Below are positions 26,455-36,397 of a DNA stretch of 64,000 nucleotides, in pieces. The notes under the pieces were generated by a model. That model had not been told where the DNA came from. It searched no databases and saw nothing but the letters and a program-made list of their open reading frames with translations. This DNA is from a virus (Duplodnaviria; Caudoviricetes). Location of the stretch: IMG/VR virus record IMGVR_UViG_3300044898_000031, positions 1 to 64,000 of that record, one strand, 5' to 3'. Numbering within the stretch: the stretch's first letter is position 1; every line of letters starts with the position of its first letter. A program made the translations under genes and the position numbers.

Positions 26455-27819
26455 ATGAAATACTTGAAAATTAAAAACGATGGCGAAATAGACATTAGAC
26501 TGATATGTTTAATGGGTGCTAGTACTAAAACCGATGACCCTAAGAAAATTGGGCAATTTGGCACTGGATTAAAATATGCTATAAGCTATTTTCTTCGCAA
26601 TGAGATAAAGTTCTCTCTGTTTGTAGGTAAAGAAAAAATTAATTTTAGTATTCAGGAAGAAAGTATTTCAGGAAAGGATTTTAAAGAGATTTATTGCAAT
26701 GGCAAATCCATGAATATTACCACTCAATATGGCTATCAATGGGAGGCGTGGGAGGCTATACGTGAAATTTGGTGCAACGCTACAGATGAAGATAATGGTT
26801 TTCGCAAGGTAATTGACGATAGAAGTAAATTAATGGGCGAACAGGGTAAAACTATTTTTTATATCGAAGTAACTCCTAAAATTGAAGAAGTGATAAATAA
26901 GTGGGAAGAATATTTTTTAAATGACAATCCCATTTATGAAGATAAAGAAATTGCTATTTATTTAAATACAGGCAAGCATTTAAAACTTTATAAAAACAAA
27001 GTTCTTATTCAAAATAGTGAGTATTATAGTTCGCTATTTACCTACGACCTTAAATCAGCCAATTTAAACGAACTTCGCCAATATCAAGGGTATTTATCAT
27101 CTGATATAGGGAAAGCATTGCTTGGGTCATCTAAAGAGGTCGTATCGCTACTTTTAGAAGCTATACGCGATAAATCTAAAACGGATATGTATGAGGTTAA
27201 AATGGATTGGAGTTATCTTACCTACTCCACTGCCAAAGTACGTGAAATATTTGCAGGTTGGTTATTTCTGCATCCATTATCTGCTCAAACAAAAAGTACC
27301 AAAGGGGTTATCGTAAATGAATCATTATTTAATCTACTTAGAAAAATAGGGTTGCCTACGGAACGGATTAAAAAATCATCAGGTGGTTGTTATGGTGGTG
27401 GTGGATTTGGATATATTGACAATAATGAGGTTTCATACAAGGAGGTATTAAACCCTGATTTACAAAAAAGGATTGAGGTAATCGCAGTTAAATATGGGTC
27501 AGGAATGAAATATACAATTGCTATCCCAAAAACAGATGATTTTGAAGTATTGGTAAATAAATCACAAGTGATCTTTAATTCATCATTAGAAAATCTGTCA
27601 GATACCGACCTTGAAGCCACTGTCTTAATAGGTATTTTCCATTCACAAGAATATAATATTTATAAAGGGTTTAAACGATTGATAAAATTCGTAATGGGGA
27701 ACAGGAATTTCCGTAAAATTCTATTTGGCAGAAATATTAATGACAAGGTTAAGCCTACTTATCAACCGCCTTTGATAGGAGTTGAAAAAGAAGATACAGA
27801 AATAGAATTACCATTTTAG
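26455..27819 (+). CDS. GHKL (HATPase)-like ATPase, MPN635-type
   Basis: IGQFGTGLKYA; AIREIWCNATDE. Confidence 0.7.
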   Translation: MKYLKIKNDGEIDIRLICLMGASTKTDDPKKIGQFGTGLKYAISYFLRNEIKFSLFVGKEKINFSIQEESISGKDFKEIYCNGKSMNITTQYGYQWEAWEAIREIWCNATDEDNGFRKVIDDRSKLMGEQGKTIFYIEVTPKIEEVINKWEEYFLNDNPIYEDKEIAIYLNTGKHLKLYKNKVLIQNSEYYSSLFTYDLKSANLNELRQYQGYLSSDIGKALLGSSKEVVSLLLEAIRDKSKTDMYEVKMDWSYLTYSTAKVREIFAGWLFLHPLSAQTKSTKGVIVNESLFNLLRKIGLPTERIKKSSGGCYGGGGFGYIDNNEVSYKEVLNPDLQKRIEVIAVKYGSGMKYTIAIPKTDDFEVLVNKSQVIFNSSLENLSDTDLEATVLIGIFHSQEYNIYKGFKRLIKFVMGNRNFRKILFGRNINDKVKPTYQPPLIGVEKEDTEIELPF

Positions 27820-27990
27820 CATGGGAACAAGAACTTCTGCCACATGGGTAACACATTATTATGATGCCCTGTTAGAAAGTAGCTTACCGGGTGACATATC
27901 TTATTTAAGGGCTTTAGCTAAAGGAGAATGGAGGCCATCAGAAGCTAAACAACAGCAGATAAGAATTTACGAATCTAATATTAAAAAGAA

Positions 27991-28218
27991 ATGAAAAAGA
28001 TAGAAATAACTGAAAATCAGAGACAGCAATTTAATCTTATGAGAATGGCGTTAATTCAAATTCATAAGGACTACCAAACTCCAAGCCAATTAAGGCGCGA
28101 TTGTAAGGGAGATTATGGTTTAGAGTTTGAAGAAACTATAGAAATGGCCTATGAGAATATACAGCATTTAGCTAAGTCAATGGTTAAAGGTGTTAAAGCA
28201 ATAGAATTTAAACCATGA
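27991..28218 (+). CDS. Hypothetical protein
   Basis: ORF. Confidence 0.55.
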   Translation: MKKIEITENQRQQFNLMRMALIQIHKDYQTPSQLRRDCKGDYGLEFEETIEMAYENIQHLAKSMVKGVKAIEFKP

Positions 28219-28269
28219 ATCAATTTCATTCTCTCCATCCGGGAGTTTTACCCTTAATAGTTCAATAGC

Positions 28270-28713
28270 ATGATACAACCTAAACTTAAGATTTGCGGTA
28301 CGTGTGGGCGAAATTGCTACTTATGGGTGTCTTCTCCCCCTACATGTAAAGAATGCCACCAAAGGGCTAAAAGTATGCTTAAACAGACAACTGACGGTAA
28401 GGTAGCTAAACCCTTTAAAGTATACTCAACTAAAGCTATAAAAGCAGTAAGTACAAGACAGATGAAACTCAATTACGCTTATAAAGTATTGCGTGACCAG
28501 TTTATGAAAACACGCCCTACCTGTCAGGCAGGATTAGGAGGATGCACTATTAAATCAACGGAATGTCACCATATACGGGGAAGGGGCGAATACCTTTTAA
28601 ATGATAAATACTATTTAGCCCTTTGTAATAACTGCCATCGGTGGATAAACGAACATAATGAGGCAGCTACAGCAATGGGGTTCTGCCAATCACGATTAAA
28701 TAAAGTAATATGA
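28270..28713 (+). CDS. Zn-finger HNH-like nuclease
   Basis: CGTC..CKEC; CQ...ECHHIRGR...LALCNNCH. Confidence 0.65.
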   Translation: MIQPKLKICGTCGRNCYLWVSSPPTCKECHQRAKSMLKQTTDGKVAKPFKVYSTKAIKAVSTRQMKLNYAYKVLRDQFMKTRPTCQAGLGGCTIKSTECHHIRGRGEYLLNDKYYLALCNNCHRWINEHNEAATAMGFCQSRLNKVI

Positions 28714-29015
28714 ACCATACAGAATTAGAAAAATTTATCCATGCCGAACTCCTTAAAGAAGGGTGGGAGCCAAATCAGTTTGGCGTTATATCCGCAGATT
28801 TTGAAGGTGGTAGCTGTAACCTTACTTATGTTATTGCTGATATTATACGGGCTTGGGAATGGTTCGCAGAATATGTAAAAATAGCTAATGATCACTTCTC
28901 ACAAATCCCAGAAGATTGGTTTGATATCGGCTATTGGGATTCCCATGAACAGGATTATTTAAATGGATATACGCCACAAGAGGCATTTTACCAAGACTTA
29001 TATACTGACATTTAA
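28710..29015 (+). CDS. Hypothetical protein
   Basis: ATGA coupling. Confidence 0.55.
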   Translation: MNHTELEKFIHAELLKEGWEPNQFGVISADFEGGSCNLTYVIADIIRAWEWFAEYVKIANDHFSQIPEDWFDIGYWDSHEQDYLNGYTPQEAFYQDLYTDI

Positions 29016-29026
29016 AAGTTAATCCC

Positions 29027-29492
29027 ATGAAAACTGAACAATCAAAAGCTGAAAGTGTGGAAGAAGCTGTAATAAGAGCGTCCTTTCCTAAACATGAAAG
29101 TTTCATACCATTTATCTTTAATGATAAACCTGATAAGCCTTTAGGGTGGGATGAATCAATTGAATTTGCCCAAAGTAACTATTGCAGCCTTGACCCAAGA
29201 ATAGATAACACTCCGCGTCAAATGCGTGAAAAAGCTATTTCTGCTTGGTCGTATCAGGCTGGTGCTAATTGGCAAAAAAAACAAGATAACTGGATAAGCG
29301 TAGGTGAAAGGCTACCAGATGAAGGGACAAATCGTAGATGCATGGGTAGGACGCAATGCAAGAAGTCAATTTGTAAATGGCAGATTTGAAAGATATGTTG
29401 ATATATCTGAACTCGACAGAGTAATATTTACCATAAACTATATTAATGTCACCCACTGGCAACCACTTCCAAAAGAACCTATAAATAGATAA
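29027..29492 (+). pseudogene. DUF551-containing gene with apparent 1-nt insertion
   Basis: WISVGERLPDEG in one frame continues as QIVDAW...VTHWQPLPKEP in another; extra G in GGG at 29324-29326. Confidence 0.65.
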
Positions 29493-29500
29493 ACTATATT

Positions 29501-29749
29501 ATAAAACCAAAATACAGAATAATCCAATGTAGCAATTTAGATAAAACGTGGTTCGAGGTTGAAAAACATCATTGGTATGGGTGGATAGTAGAAAAAGTAA
29601 CTAATTATATGGGCGCTTTTCTTTTACCAATATCTTGGGCTTTTGAATTTACTACCTATGAAAAAGCCAAGAAATATATTATAGGCGAACTGCCAAAAGA
29701 ATATAAAAAAGAATTACCAACTGAGAGACATATTTACGAAACATTTTAA
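29501..29749 (+). pseudogene. 82-codon ORF beginning at ATA instead of ATG
   Basis: ATA AAA CCA AAA TAC AGA ATA...; fills the gap between genes. Confidence 0.4.
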
Positions 29750-29752
29750 ATT

Positions 29753-29944
29753 ATGAAACCAAATTTACGTGCTATAGTCCCAGATGAAAAGGAAAAGCCA
29801 CTGCACTTTAAAACAATGGCAGAGATCATCGGAAGACCGGAACAGGAAACCAAAGAGTTTATTCAAAGGGTAAGACCAGAGGTGCCCGATGACCTGATAG
29901 ACTTTACCAAAAAGAACTATATTCCTTTCTTTAAAAAGATATAA
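29753..29944 (+). CDS. Hypothetical protein
   Basis: ORF. Confidence 0.55.
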   Translation: MKPNLRAIVPDEKEKPLHFKTMAEIIGRPEQETKEFIQRVRPEVPDDLIDFTKKNYIPFFKKI

Positions 29945-29946
29945 CT

Positions 29947-30567
29947 ATGCGCGGACTCTTAGCAATAGAACCTTTATACCATCAGATCGTAAAAGGCGCA
30001 AAAACCCAAACTCGTAGGAGTGGATGTCTTGAAGAAGTGAATGTCAATCCTGACAATTGGGAGATAACCGGATATACGGGAGAAGAAAATCAGTTAGAAG
30101 AAGTTGACTTTTGTGATTACATGGATACCCAACGTAATATCCATTGCAAACCACGATACAAAGTTGGCGAAGTACTTTACCTGAAAGAACCAATTACTAT
30201 TATAAGCGGTGGCGTATCTGAAAAAGAGTTTCTTCTTTATAAGTATAATACAGCAGAAATCGATAGGTGTAATTTTAAATGGTCAAATAAACTATTTATG
30301 CCACAAGCTGACGCCCGTGCCTTTGTAAAGATCACTGGCATACGCTGTGAGCGCCTTTTGGATATAAGTTATACTGACGCTATATCAGAAGGAGTGCAAT
30401 CAATGGGATACCACGGATGGAAAGATTACCTTAAGCCGAATACCTTTGAACTAACTGCTATAGAAAGCTTTCTATCCCTTTACAAGTTCGCCAACAAAGT
30501 AAAAACCATTGATAATATTTGGGTATGGGTATACGAGTTCCAATATATTAAGGATTACAAAATATGA
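29947..30567 (+). CDS. ASCH/PUA-like phage protein
   Basis: GAKTQTRR...LFMP...ITGIRCERL.DIS..DAISEG...WVWVYEF. Confidence 0.7.
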   Translation: MRGLLAIEPLYHQIVKGAKTQTRRSGCLEEVNVNPDNWEITGYTGEENQLEEVDFCDYMDTQRNIHCKPRYKVGEVLYLKEPITIISGGVSEKEFLLYKYNTAEIDRCNFKWSNKLFMPQADARAFVKITGIRCERLLDISYTDAISEGVQSMGYHGWKDYLKPNTFELTAIESFLSLYKFANKVKTIDNIWVWVYEFQYIKDYKI

Positions 30568-30791
30568 GTAGTTTTCAAGTATGCCCTAAATGTAATGGCA
30601 CAGGTAAACGGATCAATCCTGTACCTGAAACATCATGGTTGGCAGTAGTGGCTAATATTGGTATTACAATGCCATATTTTTATAAAGATGAAAATGGGGA
30701 ACTAAAAGTAAAGCCGGTTGAAAACATCTGCCCTGTATGTAATGGTAAAATGATTATTTCAACAGAAACAGGTAAACCACCAATAGATTAA
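30564..30791 (+). CDS. DnaJ-type Zn-finger small protein
   Basis: CPKCNGTG...CPVCNGK. Confidence 0.6.
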   Translation: MSSFQVCPKCNGTGKRINPVPETSWLAVVANIGITMPYFYKDENGELKVKPVENICPVCNGKMIISTETGKPPID

Positions 30792-30796
30792 AACCA

Positions 30797-31018
30797 ATGA
30801 GAGGCGATAAACGACATATATTAAGAACCTATAATATGCATTTGGAAATAATGTGGGAGGACTTAATAGCGTTGGAGTTTCCATTACTAAGAGGTATCAG
30901 AGTAATTATATCCAATGGTAATATAAATATTACATATTTAGGCGATCCTTATCCAAAAGAACAAATTACCAATAGGATAAATGAACTTATAAAAGAATTT
31001 AGCAATCCAGTAATATGA
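30797..31018 (+). CDS. Hypothetical protein
   Basis: ORF. Confidence 0.5.
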   Translation: MRGDKRHILRTYNMHLEIMWEDLIALEFPLLRGIRVIISNGNINITYLGDPYPKEQITNRINELIKEFSNPVI

Positions 31019-31752
31019 GCCGAGTACCATACACTATAGAGCAACTCAAAAAAATGGGTCTTGTTGAAAAAGACGGGCAATATGTTCAAGTTAAGTCATT
31101 AGTAGCTAAAAAAGTGGAAAAGTTGCCGTCTTTGATTGAACAGTGCAAGCCTTTTGTTGATAATATGACCGAAACTATAACCAAGATGCAGGTTATAATT
31201 GATAAGTCAGGGCCAGTTTTTGATAATATAAAATTACAAAATAGGATTACTGAATTAAACGCTCAAGAAGCCTTTGATTTATTTAATAGAACAGGTTTCA
31301 TGTTCGTTAAACCTAATCCAATTGAACAGTTTCTATTGCCCGATGGTACCCATGTAGATGTGCTTTATAGGTTTGACATAGAGCCTTGCCCCGCACCAAG
31401 AATGACCCAAAGCGACAAATGGAAAACAGACCCTTATCACACCGACCAATCTAAGCGTCAAAGAAAGCCCGTAGCGCAATATTTTGCCTTTAGGGATAAA
31501 CTACTATCGCTCTGTCAAGAAAATGGCTACAAACTCACTAATACGCTTAATATCCTATTTATAGTACCATTTCCTAAGTCCTACAGTAAAAAGAAACGCG
31601 AACAGTTAAACAACCATCCACACGATCAAAAGCCCGATATTGACAATTTTTGCAAATGCTGGATGGATAGCCTATCATCCAATGACTGTAAGGTCTGGAA
31701 CATTAGAGCAATTAAACTTTGGGGGTACAAAGGACAAATAATAATATTTTAA
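31015..31752 (+). CDS. rusA: RusA-like Holliday junction resolvase with N-terminal extension
   Basis: PCPAPRMT...KPDIDNFCKCWMDSL..DCKVW...KLWG. Confidence 0.8.
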   Translation: MSRVPYTIEQLKKMGLVEKDGQYVQVKSLVAKKVEKLPSLIEQCKPFVDNMTETITKMQVIIDKSGPVFDNIKLQNRITELNAQEAFDLFNRTGFMFVKPNPIEQFLLPDGTHVDVLYRFDIEPCPAPRMTQSDKWKTDPYHTDQSKRQRKPVAQYFAFRDKLLSLCQENGYKLTNTLNILFIVPFPKSYSKKKREQLNNHPHDQKPDIDNFCKCWMDSLSSNDCKVWNIRAIKLWGYKGQIIIF

Positions 31753-31754
31753 AT

Positions 31755-31982
31755 ATGAAAGACAAACCTTTAATTGTTAGTGAAATGCTATCATCTCCAA
31801 TGCGACCAACGGATTATATGTTTCCAAATGCCACGATGACTATCATAACTGAACATAATATTGATTGTAAAAATTGCCTATATGGATTAGTAAAAAACTG
31901 GCTTGGAATAAGTAAGATTTGCCCTGTCTGCAATGGCACATATAGTATAGGGAAGTACACCACAACAACTATACTCAGATGA
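31755..31982 (+). CDS. Small Zn-finger protein
   Basis: CKNC...CPVCNG. Confidence 0.45.
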   Translation: MKDKPLIVSEMLSSPMRPTDYMFPNATMTIITEHNIDCKNCLYGLVKNWLGISKICPVCNGTYSIGKYTTTTILR

Positions 31983-32227
31983 AACGTAAGCACATCAAAC
32001 AGTTTCAGGTAGTCCACTATCAAAAATCAGACGAACGTATCTTAGGATGCGTTATAAGGGCTATGCTCTCCCATTGTGGTCTTTGGACTAACGGAGAAAG
32101 AAAGTTTAAACGGTTTAATATATTTAATGACGGGATATGATGAAAGACAAAATAAAATACTTTGGATTAAAGACTTTAATAATATTAATGGCTACGGCTG
32201 TTTATGATACTTTAAAAACTATAAATC

Positions 32228-32443
32228 ATGGAAAATCCTAAAACACACTTTTCATTCGGACTTATTTGTGGGGCAGCAAGTTTTATAGCCGCTCTGCTTA
32301 TAGATAGCTATAAACCTGATTACAGGGAACAAGTTCGCGCCAAAGACGCAGAGATAGGCCGCCTAAAGCTTGAAAACGAAATGCTTAAAGGCGATACTAT
32401 TAACTACTTTACAGAACATAGCGAGATTGTTAAGGGTAATTAG
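32228..32443 (+). CDS. Single-TM coiled-coil protein
   Basis: Hydrophobic N-terminus then charged helix. Confidence 0.5.
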   Translation: MENPKTHFSFGLICGAASFIAALLIDSYKPDYREQVRAKDAEIGRLKLENEMLKGDTINYFTEHSEIVKGN

Positions 32444-32841
32444 GGTTTGGCTTTGGGATTACCGATAAGCGCACGACGTTTAAGAGTGTTAGACCGACTC
32501 CAATAATTTTCTTTGTTAAATGTAGCTTGATTTAATCCTTTATAATATTCTATATAATGTTTTTCAAGAGTGCCACCCCATCCATACGTAACGTCAATTA
32601 CATTAAAAATAGGAGTCTTTCCAATGGAAATCATTGCTCTTATCCAAAACCCAACCGTGCTTTTTGCGTGCCTATGGCAGTAAAATCTTTCGGAGAAATT
32701 AAAGGTTTTTCCTACGTAAACGACAAATCCATTATAGGGGCAACAAATAGTGTAAATATATTCAGGAACAAAAGGCACTATAAGCCCATTGCTCATATAT
32801 TCCCATTTTTTGGGAAAGCCAGTTTTGGGTTGATTTATCAT
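32440..32841 (-). CDS. Minimal GIY-YIG nuclease
   Basis: YIYTICCPYNGFVVYVGKT...RFYCH...LEKHYI. Confidence 0.7.
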   Translation of the reverse strand: MINQPKTGFPKKWEYMSNGLIVPFVPEYIYTICCPYNGFVVYVGKTFNFSERFYCHRHAKSTVGFWIRAMISIGKTPIFNVIDVTYGWGGTLEKHYIEYYKGLNQATFNKENYWSRSNTLKRRALIGNPKAKP

Positions 32842-33002
32842 TTTTTATCCTGTTTCGGTATTTCAATATTTAAACGCTTGGCGTTTTTTTTAATCCAGTG
32901 TTCGACCAGGTTGCCCTGCGATCTGCCTTCATGCTCGGAGATTTGTTCCAATACCGGCTTTAGATTTTCTTCAATTTTTACAGTTAACATTTTTTTTGCC
33001 AT
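32838..33002 (-). CDS. Ribbon-helix-helix regulator (54 aa, not in track)
   Basis: MAKKMLTVKIEENLKPVLEQISEHEGRSQGNLVEHWIKK; ATGA-coupled to GIY-YIG. Confidence 0.7.
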   Translation of the reverse strand: MAKKMLTVKIEENLKPVLEQISEHEGRSQGNLVEHWIKKNAKRLNIEIPKQDKK

Positions 33003-33005
33003 GCT

Positions 33006-33013
33006 CAAATATA
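33006..33013 (-). promoter_or_regulatory. -7 element for probable leaderless RHH transcript
   Basis: TATATTTG 3 nt before ATG. Confidence 0.5.
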
Positions 33014-33075
33014 CGTATAAACGAAGTATTTACTGATAAATAAAAAATAATTTAAAAAAATATATTCAAAAAGTA

Positions 33076-33105
33076 TTGACAATGTACATATTATTTGTAT
33101 CTTTA
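33076..33105 (+). promoter_or_regulatory. Rightward promoter
   Basis: TTG-N19-TATCTTTA. Confidence 0.6.
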
Positions 33106-33137
33106 CATTGCCATTCAATAAAGGATGATATTAAAAG

Positions 33138-33566
33138 TTGCAAAAGATGAGAACAAGATACCAAATACAATCGGCAATTGGCGCATGTCGCGGGCGAATA
33201 GAAAACGGCGCTGATTTGAAAAATGCATTCGCTGATTTATTAGATGATATATCTGATATTTATGCAGGTGCGAGTATTTATGAATCACAAGATGGCGAAG
33301 ACGGGCATTTGAGCGATTGCGCATGTCACAATGAGCCAAGCAAACCAAATGAAGCATGTTCATGTGGTTTCGAACCGTCTCCAAATGTGGAATTTGAAAC
33401 CCAATACCAATTGGAGCAATTTAGAGAAATTGAAGGTCAATACTTTGACGAATATAATATACACTACGCAGGAACGCAAATGGATCGTAATTGCGCTCAA
33501 AAGATGCTTAATCTTATTAATCAAATGGAATATGAAATAAAAAAACATGCAAGATTTTATAATTAA
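33138..33566 (+). CDS. Hypothetical protein with H.SDCA.HNEP...C.CG metal-binding motif
   Basis: Motif common in phage proteins. Confidence 0.6.
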   Translation: MQKMRTRYQIQSAIGACRGRIENGADLKNAFADLLDDISDIYAGASIYESQDGEDGHLSDCACHNEPSKPNEACSCGFEPSPNVEFETQYQLEQFREIEGQYFDEYNIHYAGTQMDRNCAQKMLNLINQMEYEIKKHARFYN

Positions 33567-33795
33567 CCATATCAAACGAAAATGGCTTGCTATAGTAACC
33601 TGTTTCCTGATTGGCACTGCATTTATTTGTGCTGTATTAACTGTAATTAATCTTAGTAGGTAATTTATATTAAAGATGATGATATAACCAATAGCAATGA
33701 CACTGAGCTACCTGATTATAGAAAAAGGCAAGCATTTGCAAATCTTAAAAAAATGTTAACAATCAAACAAATAATAAGTCACTAAAACAAAAGAC

Positions 33796-34035
33796 ATGAA
33801 AACACAAGCAAATGACAGTATTAACCCCCAAATTGAAACTATAGAACGCGCTGGCGAACAATTTTACACAGACATTTTTAGTACAGGCGGTCTCACTAAG
33901 CGAGAGTACTTTGCTGCTATGGCCATGCAGGGAATATTAGCGAGTTCAGCAGATAGAGGCGAAACAGCAGCAGGTAATATGGCAGTTAAGTTTGCAGATG
34001 CTATTATCCAAGCCCTTAACAAAGACGAGAAATGA
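33796..34035 (+). CDS. Conserved phage protein (GLTKREYFAAMAMQG family)
   Basis: Motif recognition. Confidence 0.7.
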   Translation: MKTQANDSINPQIETIERAGEQFYTDIFSTGGLTKREYFAAMAMQGILASSADRGETAAGNMAVKFADAIIQALNKDEK

Positions 34036-34295
34036 AAACAAAGCTTTTACGTAAATTCAGAAAGCGATTTAAGTTCACCGATATACACGGGTATTGGGAA
34101 ATGCTTGATAAGCATACTAATATTATTTACGGCCCGGAATGGGGTTATTGCAGAAGCAGGTATTCAGTAAAAGAATATCTTTATTTCAAGGCTATAGCAT
34201 TACTAATAGGTAATGAATACTGGAAAAGCGATAGGCTTTTAAAGAAAAGTAAAAGGCGCAGGTTATTTCATATTAAACAGATTAAATCAGCATGA
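34032..34295 (+). CDS. Hypothetical protein
   Basis: ATGA coupling. Confidence 0.55.
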   Translation: MKTKLLRKFRKRFKFTDIHGYWEMLDKHTNIIYGPEWGYCRSRYSVKEYLYFKAIALLIGNEYWKSDRLLKKSKRRRLFHIKQIKSA

Positions 34296-34888
34296 AAACA
34301 TACCAAATCATAGTAAAGGACGGTAAGGGCAGACCTGTAAATCCGTATCAAAGGTTAATACCAAGATCGGATAAATATCCAAACGAGAATATAGTTAATC
34401 CAGATTGGACGATGTTTCAAGAAAACGAACCATGGTTATCGACCGATAACATTCCAGACACCTCAATAGGTGAACCAATTATGGCGTATTTACAATGGCA
34501 ATATAATAAAAATAATGGCACGCCGAATGGTAAATGGGTCAATATACCTACTACCGACAAGGTTTCATATTATAAAGATATTCCTACCCGTCAAATATGG
34601 GTAGCTACCCCCGAATCAAAACAGGTAGAATCTAAGTTCGGAGAGTGGGTGAGTAAAATTAGGACTAAAGCCATTGAGGTAATAGTTAAGCAAATGGGCG
34701 ATTTGGATTACATGCATTTTCCTCTAAGGAAAGTAGCATACCTCAAATCATTTGTATCTAATCCGGTAACTTCTAATTACGCCACTAAGGGCAATTTAGA
34801 ATTATGGTCAACTGATAGCTTATGTGAATTAGCAGATTATATTAATTCTCTTCCCTCACCACCAAATACAGTTAAGAAAGGAGAATAA
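34292..34888 (+). CDS. Hypothetical protein
   Basis: ATGA coupling. Confidence 0.6.
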   Translation: MKTYQIIVKDGKGRPVNPYQRLIPRSDKYPNENIVNPDWTMFQENEPWLSTDNIPDTSIGEPIMAYLQWQYNKNNGTPNGKWVNIPTTDKVSYYKDIPTRQIWVATPESKQVESKFGEWVSKIRTKAIEVIVKQMGDLDYMHFPLRKVAYLKSFVSNPVTSNYATKGNLELWSTDSLCELADYINSLPSPPNTVKKGE

Positions 34889-35188
34889 GAGGTGATGAAA
34901 TTCTTTAAAATATATTGGCCCAATATAATATTTGCGGCAGCCGTATTGGGACTTATATGGGTAGTGATTTTTATGATGTCTGATAAACAATATGAACTTA
35001 AGTAACCACATGACAAACGAATAACTAATAGAAAGGATAATAACTGATGAAACGTTCATATTATTTACTGATAATAGCATTGATGATTATGTCATTCTTA
35101 TTAGGAGTTATACTTACTCCTATTATAAATCAGTTGATTTATGGTAAGAGAAATATTTACATTGAAGTAAAGCATTAATTCATTATAA

Positions 35189-35371
35189 ATGGTACTAAAT
35201 AAAGAAGAATTTATTCAACAATACGTTATTCAGTATGTAGCTTTGAAAATGTCACGAGTTAATCGCTATGAAGTAGTTAATGGTGATATTGTAGAAAGAA
35301 ATACATTGATAGCAATGAGTGAAGCAGAAGAGATTTACAATAAACTATATTCATTAAAGATAGGATCATGA
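35189..35371 (+). CDS. Hypothetical protein
   Basis: ORF. Confidence 0.5.
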   Translation: MVLNKEEFIQQYVIQYVALKMSRVNRYEVVNGDIVERNTLIAMSEAEEIYNKLYSLKIGS

Positions 35372-35793
35372 ATGAACAACCAAAAGCTGAAACAGTTGAA
35401 GAAGCTGCAATCATAATTTACAATGAGAAGTACGGAGACAAATCCGATACCGCTGAAATAGAACATGCTTTCTTTTCTGGGTTTAAGGAATGTTCAATTT
35501 GGCAATCCCAACAACCCCTCACCGAAGCCCAGGTAACAGAGATAGATTATAAATTATTCGATGCCTTTATTCACTGCTTGTTAATTAGTGGTGCACATAC
35601 AATTGAATCATTGAGATCGAAGGATAAAGAAACAGTGATTGAGGCATATAAATATTGGCTTAAAGAATTACCAACTGGGCTTTTGTCCATGCAAGATGAA
35701 ATAGTTAAACACCATGTCCGTCCAATTCAGGAAGTCTTAAATAATGCTGAAGATCGTTGCAAAGGCTTAGGGCTTAAGATTCAACCCCACTAA
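35368..35793 (+). CDS. Hypothetical protein (N-terminus shared with 29027 ORF)
   Basis: EQPKAETVEEAA vs EQSKAESVEEAV. Confidence 0.6.
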   Translation: MNEQPKAETVEEAAIIIYNEKYGDKSDTAEIEHAFFSGFKECSIWQSQQPLTEAQVTEIDYKLFDAFIHCLLISGAHTIESLRSKDKETVIEAYKYWLKELPTGLLSMQDEIVKHHVRPIQEVLNNAEDRCKGLGLKIQPH

Positions 35794-35809
35794 AACAACA
35801 TAGTAAACA

Positions 35810-36169
35810 ATGGAAAATAAATTAACTAAAAAAGAGGCGTTAGAACAAGGTTTTACGCTGTGCGGAGACGCTGATTCGGAATGCCAATCATTAATGGAAA
35901 TTTCAGATATAGCAGATGAAGATATTACTTACCGAACTTATATCGCAGCCAAAGAGCCTATATTCCCGGAAATATCCGAAGACGAATTAAAAGAAATTGT
36001 TACTGACCACATTGTAGATAAATGGATGGGTAAAGTAGGTGATGAAATGGGGTTATCAATTTATTTGGAAGAATTTGATTTTAAGCCGTTCTCGGATGCC
36101 TTGAATAAAAAAATCGGTGAAACCGATTGCGCTTGGTATCCATTAACCGAAATCCAACTTATACCATAG
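35810..36169 (+). CDS. Acidic hypothetical protein
   Basis: ORF. Confidence 0.6.
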   Translation: MENKLTKKEALEQGFTLCGDADSECQSLMEISDIADEDITYRTYIAAKEPIFPEISEDELKEIVTDHIVDKWMGKVGDEMGLSIYLEEFDFKPFSDALNKKIGETDCAWYPLTEIQLIP

Positions 36170-36205
36170 CCGCCATTAAAAAGGCTGAATAAATAATTAA
36201 AGATT

Positions 36206-36397
36206 ATGACATTAATAAGCGAAGATCAATTTCAGAAAAAGTACGGATTGGATAGACGAACATTCGATTTCTCAAATCCTAGAACATTTACAAAATCTAT
36301 TCAAGCTTTACGCCGTTTATCAGAAGATGAGCGACAGGTATTAGAAGAACTTATTTGGATGTGGGAAGAAAATAAATTTAACCATGAAACAAACTAA
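36206..36397 (+). CDS. Hypothetical protein
   Basis: ORF. Confidence 0.5.
   Translation: MTLISEDQFQKKYGLDRRTFDFSNPRTFTKSIQALRRLSEDERQVLEELIWMWEENKFNHETN

Noticed and set aside
32557-33036. 159-aa plus-strand ORF
   Set aside because: Antisense shadow of the coupled RHH and GIY-YIG genes
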